Source of the DNA: a virus
Length of the DNA: 64,000 nt
IMG/VR virus record: IMGVR_UViG_3300045988_046933
Coordinates: 1 to 64,000 of that record
Reading direction: 5' to 3' (one strand)
Shown here: positions 1-10,111 of the stretch, piece after piece
How positions within the stretch are numbered: position 1 is the stretch's first letter
How the letters are laid out: the number at the start of each line of letters is the position of its first letter
The notes under the pieces: generated by a model
Told to the model about the DNA's origin: nothing
What the model saw: only the letters and a program-made list of their open reading frames with translations
The model's database searches: none
Translations under genes and position numbers: made by a program

Positions 1-1
1 T

Positions 2-2146
2 AAAGAATTTAAAACTTCTATAGACCCAAAGAATATTGAGTTTATTACAACTTTATTATCATCTAATCTATATTCTAATCCTGAGCAATCCTTTATCAGA
101 GAAATTGTCAGTAATGCTTGGGATAGTCATGTAGAAGCAGGAACAACAGACATCCCTGTTATTATTAAGTTTACTAAGATAGCTTATAATAACTATGAAA
201 TAACCATTAGAGATTTTGGTACAGGGCTAAGCCCTGAAAGATTTAAAGAAGTATATTGCAATATTGGCAGTAGTACTAAAAGAGAAAGTAATGAACTAAT
301 AGGAGGCTTCGGCATAGGCAAATATTCGAGTCTAGCATGTACTAATACAGTATTTATAACTTCTTACTATAAAGGAATTTCTTACCTTTACATAATGGTA
401 AAAAGTGGTAACACTATTACCACTAACTTAGTAAATGAAATACCTACAAAAGAGAAAGATGGAGTTGAAATAACTATCAAGAATATATCAAATATAAGAC
501 CTTATATAGATGCTTTAAATTCTATAGTATTTTTCCCTAATATATACATAGATGGCATTTCAAATGTGATAAATAATAGTAAGATTAAGAGATTTAACAA
601 TTTTGCTGTATCTTCTATAACTCTAGATAATAAAATTTTATTAGGTAATGTATTATACCCATGTGCTACAGAGAAGTTTATTCCAGAAGTTAGAGAATTC
701 CTATATAATATATCACATTCAGGTATTGTAGTTAAATTTGATATAGGAGAATTAAATATAACTCCTAATAGAGAAAACATTATATATACAGAAGATACTA
801 TTGATAAAATTACTGATAGAACTTTAGCAGCTAAAAAAGAACTTGAAAATTTAATTGCAAACAAATTTAATAAAGATTATAATAATTTATATGAATATTG
901 GAGATTAACTAGACAAAGTATGAAGTATAATCCATTAACTAATGATTATATTTCATGCTCTAGTAGATATGCTGATTGTGTAGGATATTTTACTAAGGTA
1001 GTTCCTACTAATATAACTTTTAAAGGTTCTACAATACTAAACAAAAGTAGTTGTGCAGAATTTTTATATTTATTTTTTAATGCACAATTGCCATTCCTGA
1101 AAGGACTTTTTTATAATGATAGATTTTATCAAAATAAAATACCTTTAAGTGCTGAAGAAAGAGCAAGAATGAGTACTCCCTTTATAGTATCAATCAATAA
1201 TACAAGATTAACAGCAGCAGCTAAAGCATGGTTAAATAAAGTGTATGATGGATATACTATAATTACAGAATTTGATAAAGAAGCTTTTAAACTTTATGTA
1301 GAAGACAATATAATACAACATAAAACTTTTTATAAAAAAGATGAGATTATTGACTATATGTATGAGTATCTTACCTCTAAAATAATAAAGGTAAATTTAG
1401 ATACAAATACTGATTTCTTAAAGTTTAAAGAGAACTTAAAGAAAAATAAAACTCCTATTAAAAAGATTAAAGATGTTATTATATATATTCAAGAAACTGA
1501 ATCTTATAGAAATAGAATTATATTCTCATCAATAGAAGAATGTATTAAGTATATCAAAACTTTAAAGAAAGGAATTATTCTTACAGGTTTACAAGATAGT
1601 GATGGTTGGATAGATATTGCTGATGCTAGAAAGCTACTTGTTATAAGAGCTAGAAAAGAAATAGTGGAAGCTTTGAAAGAAGCTAATCCTAGTTTTCTTG
1701 TTGATAAGCAGTACATGATTGAAAGAGACCCTACAATAGTTAAGTTTCACACTATAATAAAGGAATTTAATGATGTACAATTTGGTGTACCTACTGCCTA
1801 TAGTAGCAAAGATTTTTTATCAACAGTTCCATCTTCTTTACATAAAAAATTTCTCGATATATTAACTTTCTATTATGCACATAATAAGGCAATATACTAT
1901 AGAATGGCTGAAAATGAGAATATCCCAATAGATTCTTATACTCAGTATATATGTAGAAAATTTATAAAGTATTACAGTTCTTATATTAAACTTGTAAATG
2001 AAATTGATTTTCCTGCAAATAAAAGCTCTTTAGAAAATACTCTCATAGGGGCAGCTATTCTTAAAAGAAAACTCTACAGAGTAAATTATAAAATGTATGA
2101 AAATATTAAATGTAATAAACTTATAAAAATATTATGCGAAAAATAA
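2..2146 (+). CDS. GHKL (Bergerat-fold) ATPase, HSP90/MutL-like N-terminal domain. The 5' end is cut by the window edge.
   Basis: The frame of the 395..2146 ORF is open back to nt 2. The upstream part translates to FIREIVSNAWDS (ExxxNxxD N-box), RDFGTGLS (DxGxG) and GGFGIGKYS (GxxGxG), in the HSP90-like order. Confidence 0.6.
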   Translation, partial: KEFKTSIDPKNIEFITTLLSSNLYSNPEQSFIREIVSNAWDSHVEAGTTDIPVIIKFTKIAYNNYEITIRDFGTGLSPERFKEVYCNIGSSTKRESNELIGGFGIGKYSSLACTNTVFITSYYKGISYLYIMVKSGNTITTNLVNEIPTKEKDGVEITIKNISNIRPYIDALNSIVFFPNIYIDGISNVINNSKIKRFNNFAVSSITLDNKILLGNVLYPCATEKFIPEVREFLYNISHSGIVVKFDIGELNITPNRENIIYTEDTIDKITDRTLAAKKELENLIANKFNKDYNNLYEYWRLTRQSMKYNPLTNDYISCSSRYADCVGYFTKVVPTNITFKGSTILNKSSCAEFLYLFFNAQLPFLKGLFYNDRFYQNKIPLSAEERARMSTPFIVSINNTRLTAAAKAWLNKVYDGYTIITEFDKEAFKLYVEDNIIQHKTFYKKDEIIDYMYEYLTSKIIKVNLDTNTDFLKFKENLKKNKTPIKKIKDVIIYIQETESYRNRIIFSSIEECIKYIKTLKKGIILTGLQDSDGWIDIADARKLLVIRARKEIVEALKEANPSFLVDKQYMIERDPTIVKFHTIIKEFNDVQFGVPTAYSSKDFLSTVPSSLHKKFLDILTFYYAHNKAIYYRMAENENIPIDSYTQYICRKFIKYYSSYIKLVNEIDFPANKSSLENTLIGAAILKRKLYRVNYKMYENIKCNKLIKILCEK

Positions 2147-3096
2147 TTGCAATAGGAAATAAAATTACTGTCATCTTTGATGACGGAAGTATTATAGATA
2201 AAGAAATAACTAAAGAAGAGTTTAAAAAGCTAATTGAAATTCAAACTGATAATGAAGTAAGAAAACTTCTATGTCCTGAATACAAAGAAGCAGTAGACAA
2301 ACGTAATAAAACAATGTCTTTCATTGATAAAGTTAAAGCTTCAAATATTCTTGCAATAAGGGATAATACTATTTATTGGGAAGAAGTTTCTTCTCTTTCT
2401 GTACCACAGGATTTTGCAGAAGTTGTTATAACAGCAGAAGAGGAAAAGGATGAACTAAAAATTTCAACTTATAAAAACTTTTGGACTCTTATGTCACTTA
2501 ATCCTAGTGAAGAGTGTAGAAAGAATCTTTATTGGTTCTTGCAGCTTCATGGATTAAAGTTGGCTAAATGTGGGTTTTTTGTAGCTTATAGAAATGTAGA
2601 TACTACAGAAGAAAAAGATGTTTATACTGACCATCATAGTCATTCAACTAGAATCAAAATAGGAGAAATGGTTACTATACCAAGAGAAAAGTGTGATTGT
2701 GATAGCAATAATGAATGTAGTAAAGGATTACATTGTGCCTCAGTTAAATGGCTTAAAAAGAATTATTTTGGAGATGTAGGACTAGCTTGTTTAGTAAATC
2801 CTGCTGATGTTGTAGCAGTGCCTCATAACTCAGAATATGGTAAGCTTAGAACTTGTGCATATCTTCCTATGGAAATTATTCACTATGATAAGAATAATAA
2901 TGTAATTCCTTTAAATGTGGAAGATGGTTTTGATTGTAGTTATGTTACTAAAGTAATTTATGAAGGTACTATGGGAACAGAACAAGATTCTACTTACAGA
3001 ATTAACATTCCTATTATTCCAGGCACTACTCCTGAAAGTTTACAGGATACACTTCTTGAAATTGCTAAAGACTGTATTGTATGTAGAGAAGTATGA
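2134..3096 (+). CDS. hypothetical protein with a C-terminal Cys-rich 'GLH' module
   Basis: 320-aa ORF that overlaps the previous gene by 13 nt. The C-terminal half reads CDCDSNNECSKGLHCAS...LVNPADVVAVP. No catalytic motif was recognised. Confidence 0.6.
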   Translation: MRKIIAIGNKITVIFDDGSIIDKEITKEEFKKLIEIQTDNEVRKLLCPEYKEAVDKRNKTMSFIDKVKASNILAIRDNTIYWEEVSSLSVPQDFAEVVITAEEEKDELKISTYKNFWTLMSLNPSEECRKNLYWFLQLHGLKLAKCGFFVAYRNVDTTEEKDVYTDHHSHSTRIKIGEMVTIPREKCDCDSNNECSKGLHCASVKWLKKNYFGDVGLACLVNPADVVAVPHNSEYGKLRTCAYLPMEIIHYDKNNNVIPLNVEDGFDCSYVTKVIYEGTMGTEQDSTYRINIPIIPGTTPESLQDTLLEIAKDCIVCREV

Positions 3097-3773
3097 CAAT
3101 AAATGAGTATTTTGGAGATTGGATGAAAGTACTAGATAGAAATGAAACTATAAAGATAATGAATTGGTTAAAAACAACTGATTCTTCTACTTTATGTCCT
3201 TCTATAAAGAATGTGTTTAAAGCTTTTAAATTATGTTCTTACAATGAATGTAAAGTTATCCTTGTAGGGCAAGACCCATACCCTCAGAAAGGTGTAGCAC
3301 AAGGAATTCTATTTGGTAATTCATCTGATACTCCAGAAGATAAATTATCTCCTTCCTTAAAAGTTGTTAAGGAATCAGTAATAAATTTTGATATTCCACA
3401 TAATTTGATTACCTTTGACCCCACTTTAGAGAGTTGGGCTAAACAAGGAATATTAATGCTTAATTCAGCTTTAACTACAGAAGTAGGAAAAGTAGGAATA
3501 CATACATTAAAATGGAGACCTTTTATAGGCTCTTTCTTAAAGAATATGTCTGAAAAGAATCCAGGCATTATATATGTATTCTTTGGAAGTCAAGCTAAAT
3601 CTCTAGCTAATTACATTAATAGTAATAATAATTATAAACTATTTATTGAACATCCTGCTTATTATGCTAGATTAAATAAAAGAATGCCTAGTGATATATG
3701 GTATACTGTACAAAAACTAGTATATAATATTTATGGTACTTCAATTGAATGGTATAAAGAAGAAACTTTTTAA
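3093..3773 (+). CDS. ung: uracil-DNA glycosylase, family 1-like
   Basis: VILVGQDPYPQ (GQDPY water-activating loop), ILMLNSALTT (LLLNxxLTV-like) and a C-terminal EHPAYYA (HPSPLS position). ATGA overlap with the upstream gene. Confidence 0.8.
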   Translation: MTINEYFGDWMKVLDRNETIKIMNWLKTTDSSTLCPSIKNVFKAFKLCSYNECKVILVGQDPYPQKGVAQGILFGNSSDTPEDKLSPSLKVVKESVINFDIPHNLITFDPTLESWAKQGILMLNSALTTEVGKVGIHTLKWRPFIGSFLKNMSEKNPGIIYVFFGSQAKSLANYINSNNNYKLFIEHPAYYARLNKRMPSDIWYTVQKLVYNIYGTSIEWYKEETF

Positions 3774-3784
3774 AATATAAAAAC

Positions 3785-4318
3785 ATGAAGAGATTTTTTG
3801 TAAAGAGTACAAACAAAGAAGTAAAAATTGGTGATACTGTCACACTTGAATTTGTAACTGATACACCTTTTGGTGAAGTTACTGCAACTAAGACACTTAA
3901 AGTTAATGGTAAAGTACTTGAAGCTCTTATTAAAGATGATAAGGTTATTGTAAAGGAAGTAAAGCCTAATCATAATATAATTGTAGCAGCTGCTTTAAAT
4001 AAACTTGCAGGTAAATTTAAATGTAGTGAAGCAGAAATGCTGGAAATTCTACATACAATTAAAGAAGTTAATCCTTGGGCAGCAGTACAATTACTTCTTA
4101 GAGAAATTGCTATAGAGTTGAATACACAGTATTCTAACCATATTAGTAATAGTGAAGAGTTCTATTGCCTCTCTCCTCAAGATATTGAGATACATAAAAT
4201 GGATAAGAAGTCTTTTGTAGTTTTTGGTTATGCTCCTTTGTTTAGAACTATGGAAGATGCACAGATTGCTAAGAAAATTATTACACAATTTTTGACTTTA
4301 CATCCTAAGAATGCCTAA
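3785..4318 (+). CDS. hypothetical protein
   Basis: 177-aa ORF, same strand, tightly packed. No motif recognised. Confidence 0.6.
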   Translation: MKRFFVKSTNKEVKIGDTVTLEFVTDTPFGEVTATKTLKVNGKVLEALIKDDKVIVKEVKPNHNIIVAAALNKLAGKFKCSEAEMLEILHTIKEVNPWAAVQLLLREIAIELNTQYSNHISNSEEFYCLSPQDIEIHKMDKKSFVVFGYAPLFRTMEDAQIAKKIITQFLTLHPKNA

Positions 4319-4808
4319 GAAGAATAATAAGAAAATAAGAAATGCTACCATTTGTAAAAGTGGTAGCATTGTTTTTAAATCACAGTTAGAAAAAATGGCT
4401 TATAATACCTTGCTAGAATATGGATTTACTCCTCAGTATGAACCTAAAAGGTTAATTCTAGTAGAAGGATTTAAGCCTACTGTGCCCTTCTATGATAAGG
4501 AAACTCCTACTCAATATAATAAAAGAATTGAGAATGGAGCTGATATTACTTGTAAATTATTAACTATACAGTCAAGTAAGGTACTTCCCATAACATATAC
4601 TCCAGACATTTATATTAATTATAATGGCATAGATGTATGGATAGAAATGAAGGGTATTGAAAATGACTGCTATTATTTAAAGAAGAAACTTTTTAGAAAG
4701 TACTTAGATGATTTGTACAATACAACAGGTAAGAAAAGTATTTTCTTTGAGGTTTATAGTAAGAAACAATTATTGCAGGCTATAGAAATCATCAAACAAT
4801 ATGAATAA
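4311..4808 (+). CDS. PD-(D/E)XK nuclease, T7 endonuclease I-like (candidate junction resolvase)
   Basis: TYTPDIYINYNGIDVWIEMKG gives PD...ExK spacing like T7 endonuclease I (YTPDF...ExKG). An upstream acidic residue sits in SQLEKMAY. Confidence 0.55.
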   Translation: MPKKNNKKIRNATICKSGSIVFKSQLEKMAYNTLLEYGFTPQYEPKRLILVEGFKPTVPFYDKETPTQYNKRIENGADITCKLLTIQSSKVLPITYTPDIYINYNGIDVWIEMKGIENDCYYLKKKLFRKYLDDLYNTTGKKSIFFEVYSKKQLLQAIEIIKQYE

Positions 4809-5850
4809 AAGTTTATATGATATATCATGGAAAGTAGATGAACCTACTTATAGAGCAGACCCTGCCTTATCATATAGTACACTTGCAAGATATGAAAGAG
4901 AAGGATTTAATAATCTAGATAAATTATTTGATAGAATAGAGACTCCTTCTCTTGTTTTTGGTTCTTGTGTAGATACTCTTATTACTGGTAATGAGGAAGA
5001 ATTTAATCAGTTATTTATGGTAGCTGAACTAGATAATAATATATCTGATACTTTAGTTATTATAGTTAAAAGATTATTTGAAACCTTTAAAGATAAATAT
5101 TCTTCATTGAAAGATATTCCTAATGATGATGTTATCTCTTGTATTGAAGATATACAATGGAATAATCATTGGCTACCAAAAACAAGAGCTAATAAAATTA
5201 AAGAAGATTGTGCAGGGTATTATGGTCTACTGTATATAGCAAATAATAGAACAATTATCAGTACTAAAACTTACAATGAAGTAATAAAAGCAGTAGATGC
5301 ACTAAAAACATCAGACTCCACTAAGTTCTATTTTGAACCTAATAGTATGTTTGATGATGATATACAGAGATTCTACCAGTTAAAGTTCAAAGCTACATTT
5401 AACAATGTAGAGTACAGATGTATGATGGATGAGTGCTTAGTAGTACATAGTAAAAAGCTTATAGTTCCAATTGATTTGAAGACTTCAAGCCATACTGAGT
5501 GGGATTTTGCTGAAAGCTTTATTAAATGGAATTATATGATTCAAGGCAGGCTTTATGCTAGATTACTTAAAGCAACTATAGAAAAAGATGAATATTTTAA
5601 AGATTTTACTATAGCTCCTTATAAGTTTATAGTAGTAAACAGAAGCACTCTTACTCCATTAGTATGGAATTTTGAAGATACTTTTAAAGAAGGAGACCTT
5701 ATATATGGAAAAAATAATCAATATGTATTTAGAGACCCATTTATTATAGGAGAAGAGTTATTTAAATATTTAAAAGATAGACCTAAGATACCTAATGGTA
5801 TTAATCTTAATAAACCTAATTCATTAACAGAATGGCTTAATAAACTATGA
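4801..5850 (+). CDS. PD-(D/E)XK (RecB/Cas4-like) exonuclease
   Basis: FGSCVDTLI, LIVPIDLKTSSH (D-x-K) and YMIQGRLYARLL (QxxxY), in canonical order. Confidence 0.6.
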   Translation: MNKSLYDISWKVDEPTYRADPALSYSTLARYEREGFNNLDKLFDRIETPSLVFGSCVDTLITGNEEEFNQLFMVAELDNNISDTLVIIVKRLFETFKDKYSSLKDIPNDDVISCIEDIQWNNHWLPKTRANKIKEDCAGYYGLLYIANNRTIISTKTYNEVIKAVDALKTSDSTKFYFEPNSMFDDDIQRFYQLKFKATFNNVEYRCMMDECLVVHSKKLIVPIDLKTSSHTEWDFAESFIKWNYMIQGRLYARLLKATIEKDEYFKDFTIAPYKFIVVNRSTLTPLVWNFEDTFKEGDLIYGKNNQYVFRDPFIIGEELFKYLKDRPKIPNGINLNKPNSLTEWLNKL

Positions 5851-8009
5851 AAGTAATAAAAAGAGTAAAGAAAGGTAATGGAAGTCAGCTTGAAGAGTTT
5901 GATTTAAATAAAATAATCAATGCTGTTAAGAAGGCTTATTCTTCTCAAGACAAAGAAATTGATGAAGAAGTACTTAAAGAATTGAATTATATTCCCTCAT
6001 ACCATGAAGGAGCTAGTACAGTAGATGTGGAAACCATACAGAATGAAGTAGAAAAGATTCTTATGGACTTAGCTCCTTATGATGTAACTAGAGCTTATAT
6101 TGTATATAGAGAAAAGCATAATGAAAGCAGATTAATCAGAGAAAGAATTGATTATATGAATAGTTATAGCTCTTCTTCTAAGAATGCTTCATCATCAAGT
6201 GAAACAGATGCTAATGCTAATGTATCTATGAAGAATGTTGCTAATCTTGAGGGAGAAGTCTATAAAACTACTAATAGAGTAATTCAAAGACAAAGAATGA
6301 AGGATAAACTATATGAGCTTTATCCTGATATAGCAAAACAATATGAAGAAGATTTAAACAACCACATTATATATACACATGATGAAGCCAGTACTCCTGT
6401 ATTAAAGCCTTATTGTATGGCAGTAACTCTTTATCCTCTTATGACAGAAGGAGTAGGTAATATTGATGGAGTAACTCCAACTGCTCCTAATGATATTGCT
6501 TCATTCAGTGGACAAGTTACTAATCTTGCTTTTCTTTTGTCTTCTCAATGTAAAGGAGCAGTAGCTTTTGGTGATTATTTTGTAGCTCTTAATTATTATG
6601 TAGTAAAAGAATTTGGGGAAATTTGGTATGAAAAACTTGATTGTACAAGTACCTCAGAACATCATATTATATCTAGAACTATTAAGGATAGTATAGAAAA
6701 AGGAATGAAACAATTTATTTGGGGGGTAAATCAACCTGCTGGTAATAGAAGCTATAATTCTCCATTTACAAATGTTTCCTGGTATGACAAGTATTACTTT
6801 AAATCATTATTTGAAGATTTCTATTATCCAGATGGAAGTAAACCTAAGTGGAAACAAATAGATACTTTGCAAAGAATGTTTATGGAACTAATGAGAAAAA
6901 TTAGACTTATTAAGCCCATAACATTTCCTGTAACTACTATGGCATTAGTACACAATGATAAAGAATATCTTGATAATGACTATAAAGAATTATGTGCTGA
7001 AGAGTGGTCTAAAGGTGGTAGCTTTTTCTGCTATAATAGTGATAATCCTACATCATTGGCTAGCTGTTGTAGAGTTTTAAATGAAATGTCTGATAATACC
7101 TTTAGTTCTACTACAGGTATGACAGGAGTTATGACAGGTTCTTGTAATGTGATTACTCTTAATATTAATAGAATTGTGCAAGATTGGGCTAGACAGCCTG
7201 CTAAAGATGGAGTAAATGTTCCTAGATATACAGGTCTCAAAGAATATCTTATTTCGATTCTAGAAAGAGTCTATAAGTATCATATAGCTTATAAAACAAT
7301 GCTCTATGAACTTGAAGATAAAGGTATGTTAGCTGCATCTAATGGTGGGTATATTTATATAAAGAAATTATATTCTACTATTGGTGTTATAGGATATACT
7401 GAAGCTGCTCAATTCTTAGGACTGGAAATTAATAATAACGAGAAATATAAAGAGTTCTTACAGCTTATTCTAGGCACTATTAAAGAACAAAATAAAATAC
7501 ATTCTATTAAAGATAAGAAAAGACCTTTCCTATTTAATAGTGAAGCTGTCCCTGGAGAAGGATTAGGAATTAAATTATATAATTGGGATAAAAAAGATGA
7601 ATATTATGTTCCTGAAAATCAGAACTTATATAATTGTTATTTTTATAATCCTTGGACTACAGATACTTCTGTTTTAGATAAAATAAAGTTACATGGCAAA
7701 GATATAAACAATTATACAGATGGAGGTCAAGCATGTCACATTAACTTAGATACTCATTTAAGTAAAGAACAGTATCTTAAACTTCTTGATGTAGCTAAAG
7801 ATGAAGGATGTAATTACTTTACATTTAATATACCTATTAGTGAATGTAAAAAGTGCCATCATGTAGTAAATGCCCCAATAAAGAGATGTCCTATTTGTAA
7901 TAGTGAAGATATTAAATATTATACAAGAATAATTGGATATTTAACAGCTGTAGATAATTGGAGCATGGATAGACAAGAAGAATTTAAACATAGAAAATAT
8001 TATCATTAA
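5847..8009 (+). CDS. nrdD: anaerobic (class III) ribonucleoside-triphosphate reductase
   Basis: N-terminal ATP-cone-like VIKRVKKGNGSQLEEFDLNKIINAVKKAY. C-terminal Zn ribbon CKKCHH...CPICNS, followed by the glycyl-radical motif TRIIGYL. 720 aa. Confidence 0.9.
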   Translation: MKVIKRVKKGNGSQLEEFDLNKIINAVKKAYSSQDKEIDEEVLKELNYIPSYHEGASTVDVETIQNEVEKILMDLAPYDVTRAYIVYREKHNESRLIRERIDYMNSYSSSSKNASSSSETDANANVSMKNVANLEGEVYKTTNRVIQRQRMKDKLYELYPDIAKQYEEDLNNHIIYTHDEASTPVLKPYCMAVTLYPLMTEGVGNIDGVTPTAPNDIASFSGQVTNLAFLLSSQCKGAVAFGDYFVALNYYVVKEFGEIWYEKLDCTSTSEHHIISRTIKDSIEKGMKQFIWGVNQPAGNRSYNSPFTNVSWYDKYYFKSLFEDFYYPDGSKPKWKQIDTLQRMFMELMRKIRLIKPITFPVTTMALVHNDKEYLDNDYKELCAEEWSKGGSFFCYNSDNPTSLASCCRVLNEMSDNTFSSTTGMTGVMTGSCNVITLNINRIVQDWARQPAKDGVNVPRYTGLKEYLISILERVYKYHIAYKTMLYELEDKGMLAASNGGYIYIKKLYSTIGVIGYTEAAQFLGLEINNNEKYKEFLQLILGTIKEQNKIHSIKDKKRPFLFNSEAVPGEGLGIKLYNWDKKDEYYVPENQNLYNCYFYNPWTTDTSVLDKIKLHGKDINNYTDGGQACHINLDTHLSKEQYLKLLDVAKDEGCNYFTFNIPISECKKCHHVVNAPIKRCPICNSEDIKYYTRIIGYLTAVDNWSMDRQEEFKHRKYYH

Positions 8010-8170
8010 TGGAAGATTATATAATAATTGGTTGGTCTGACATTCAGGCATATATGGACTTGGAAGGATTTGAAGAGAATAGTGCTTTGATTACTCCTAA
8101 TGATAACATGGGAATAGGCAGTTCAACATATCTTATTAATAAAGAATGGTATGATTCAATAAATTTATAA
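8009..8170 (+). CDS. small hypothetical protein (53 aa), below the ORF-track cutoff
   Basis: TAATG overlap with the nrdD stop. Its stop lies 1 nt before the next ATG. Translation: MEDYIIIGWSDIQAYMDLEGFEENSALITPNDNMGIGSSTYLINKEWYDSINL. Confidence 0.5.
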   Translation: MEDYIIIGWSDIQAYMDLEGFEENSALITPNDNMGIGSSTYLINKEWYDSINL

Positions 8171-8171
8171 T

Positions 8172-8417
8172 ATGGATAATATAGCAGTAAACTTAGTAAA
8201 AGATTATATTATATCTAATATCAATAAAAAGGATATAGTTCCTAACTTTAAACTCTTTATAGTTTGGAAATGTAAAGTATTACAGAACTGGAAATACCTT
8301 ATATCAAGTACTATACCTGATGGTATGTACTATGAACTTACCTATAACGGAGATAGAGAAGAATGGTACCTTGATGCCTATAAGAAGTTTGATAATAAAT
8401 GTATAAAAAATGCTTAA
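8172..8417 (+). CDS. hypothetical protein
   Basis: 81-aa ORF packed between neighbours. Contains ...YELTYNGDREEWYLDAYKK. Confidence 0.55.
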   Translation: MDNIAVNLVKDYIISNINKKDIVPNFKLFIVWKCKVLQNWKYLISSTIPDGMYYELTYNGDREEWYLDAYKKFDNKCIKNA

Positions 8418-8889
8418 ATATGTAGATACATTAGTGGGTTTTGCAGAAATTCCTGATGAGATAACTTTATGTATTAATGTAAGTAACTGCCCTTGTCATT
8501 GCGAAGGTTGTCATTCTCCTTATCTTGCAGAAGATATAGGAGAACCTCTTGATTTACAACACTTGACCAGCCTTATAGATAGTAATAAAGGTATAACTTG
8601 TGTATGTATTATGGGAGGTGATGCTAATCCAAGTGAAGTGGATGATATTGCACAGGATATTAAAGAATATTATCCTAATCTTAAAGTAGGATGGTATAGT
8701 GGCAGAGATTATATTAGTGAAGATATTAATCTAGAGAATTTTGATTATATTAAGTATGGTCATTATGATAAGGATAAAGGACCTCTTAATAGCAAAACAA
8801 CTAATCAAGTAATGCTTGAAATAAGTGTTGTACATAATAGAATATTTAAAAAAGATATTACGTCTAAATTTCAGAATGTTATGTATTAG
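8410..8889 (+). CDS. nrdG: anaerobic RNR activating enzyme (radical SAM)
   Basis: SNCPCHCEGCHSP contains CxxxCxxC. The size (159 aa) and the position next to nrdD fit NrdG. Confidence 0.8.
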   Translation: MLKYVDTLVGFAEIPDEITLCINVSNCPCHCEGCHSPYLAEDIGEPLDLQHLTSLIDSNKGITCVCIMGGDANPSEVDDIAQDIKEYYPNLKVGWYSGRDYISEDINLENFDYIKYGHYDKDKGPLNSKTTNQVMLEISVVHNRIFKKDITSKFQNVMY

Positions 8890-8909
8890 TACCAAAGAAT
8901 ATGCAGAAG

Positions 8910-8947
8910 GTAATAGAGCTATTTATAGTATCTCTATTACTTTTTTT
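8910..8947 (+). terminator. rho-independent terminator after nrdG
   Basis: GTAATAGAG (8910-8918) pairs with CTCTATTAC (8932-8940), followed by TTTTTTT (8941-8947). Confidence 0.65.
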
Positions 8948-9044
8948 GGTATATCTATATATAAATCTATAAGAGAAACAACAAATAATAATGTGGTAAA
9001 TGCACTTACCACTAAAAGTAAAATAACAATTAAAGGTTTTAAAA

Positions 9045-9593
9045 ATGAAGATTAAAGTAAAAGAATTTATAAGAGGTCTTTATACAGAGGCTAAAAATGA
9101 GAAGGGTAATTTGGTTTCTTTCATAAATCCTAAAGGGGACTGTATTGACCTTAGAGCAGCAGAGGATTATAACTTTGAAGCTCCTCAAGCAGGAATACTT
9201 CATCAAAAAGATGGAATTAAAACAAGAGATGTAAAGTTTGATGAAAAGATGATTAAGCTTGGAATTGCTATGCAATTACCTAAAGGCTTTGTGGCTAAAG
9301 TAAGGCAGAGAAGTTCTACTACTATGAAGTTTAAACTAGTAATGGCATCATCAGGACTTATTGATAATTGTTATAACGGAGATACTGATGAATGGAAATT
9401 TTATTGTTATGCAATAGATAAAACCTCTATACATAAAGGAGATAGAATTTGTCAGTTTGAAATTTGCCTTAGTCAATATGCTACTATTTGGCAGAAAATC
9501 AAATGGATGTTTACAAAGAAGCTTGAGTTTGAGTTTGTAAGTCACCTTGATAATAAATCAAGAGGAGGACATGGAAGTACTGGTGTAAAGTAG
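9045..9593 (+). CDS. dut: dUTPase (trimeric type)
   Basis: All five motifs in order: GDCIDLRA, RQRSST, GLIDNCYNGD, GDRICQF, SRGGHGSTG. Confidence 0.85.
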   Translation: MKIKVKEFIRGLYTEAKNEKGNLVSFINPKGDCIDLRAAEDYNFEAPQAGILHQKDGIKTRDVKFDEKMIKLGIAMQLPKGFVAKVRQRSSTTMKFKLVMASSGLIDNCYNGDTDEWKFYCYAIDKTSIHKGDRICQFEICLSQYATIWQKIKWMFTKKLEFEFVSHLDNKSRGGHGSTGVK

Positions 9594-9601
9594 GAGGTTA
9601 A

Positions 9602-10111
9602 ATGGTAATATTAAATATAATACTAATATTTTTAATAGTTATTTTTATTGCTGTTTTCATAAATATAATTGAAGGCCATAAAGACTATAAAAAGATTTCA
9701 TTTAAAGAAACTATGGATTTACTTAATATCCCTATTATAACTTTTGTTTGCAATAAGAAAAAATTGCATTTTTTGTTTGACTCAGGAAGTTCATACTCTC
9801 ATATAAGCCCAGAAGCAATAAGTTACGTGGGAGAAAAGCCAGAAAATGCTGAAAGAAATATTCAAACTATAGGAGCAGGTGGGACATTAAATAATAATAA
9901 ACATTGTACTCTTAAGTTAAGTTATAATGGAGAATTTTATAATTCTGATTTTATAGTTACAGAGCAGCTTGCTCAGCAATTGGAAGCTATAAAAAAAGAT
10001 TTTAATATTGAGATACACGGAATCCTTGGAGGAGATTTTCTTAATAAATATAATTATGTTATAGATTTTAAAGAACTTATAGTTTATTCTAAAAAGAATG
10101 CAAAGAAATAA
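9602..10111 (+). CDS. membrane-anchored retropepsin-like aspartic protease
   Basis: N-terminal TM segment ILNIILIFLIVIFIAVFINII. LHFLFDSGSSYSHI carries the D-S-G catalytic triplet (D60, nt 9779-9787). The flap region reads IGAGG. C-terminal HGILGGDFL is typical of clan AA. Confidence 0.65.
   Translation: MVILNIILIFLIVIFIAVFINIIEGHKDYKKISFKETMDLLNIPIITFVCNKKKLHFLFDSGSSYSHISPEAISYVGEKPENAERNIQTIGAGGTLNNNKHCTLKLSYNGEFYNSDFIVTEQLAQQLEAIKKDFNIEIHGILGGDFLNKYNYVIDFKELIVYSKKNAKK

Noticed and set aside
8825-9055. 76-aa plus-strand ORF bridging nrdG and dut
   Set aside because: It overlaps the nrdG 3' end and reads straight through the 8910-8947 stem-loop and T-run, which looks like the nrdG terminator. 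The hairpin arms are what create the ORF sequence. It is more likely non-coding.
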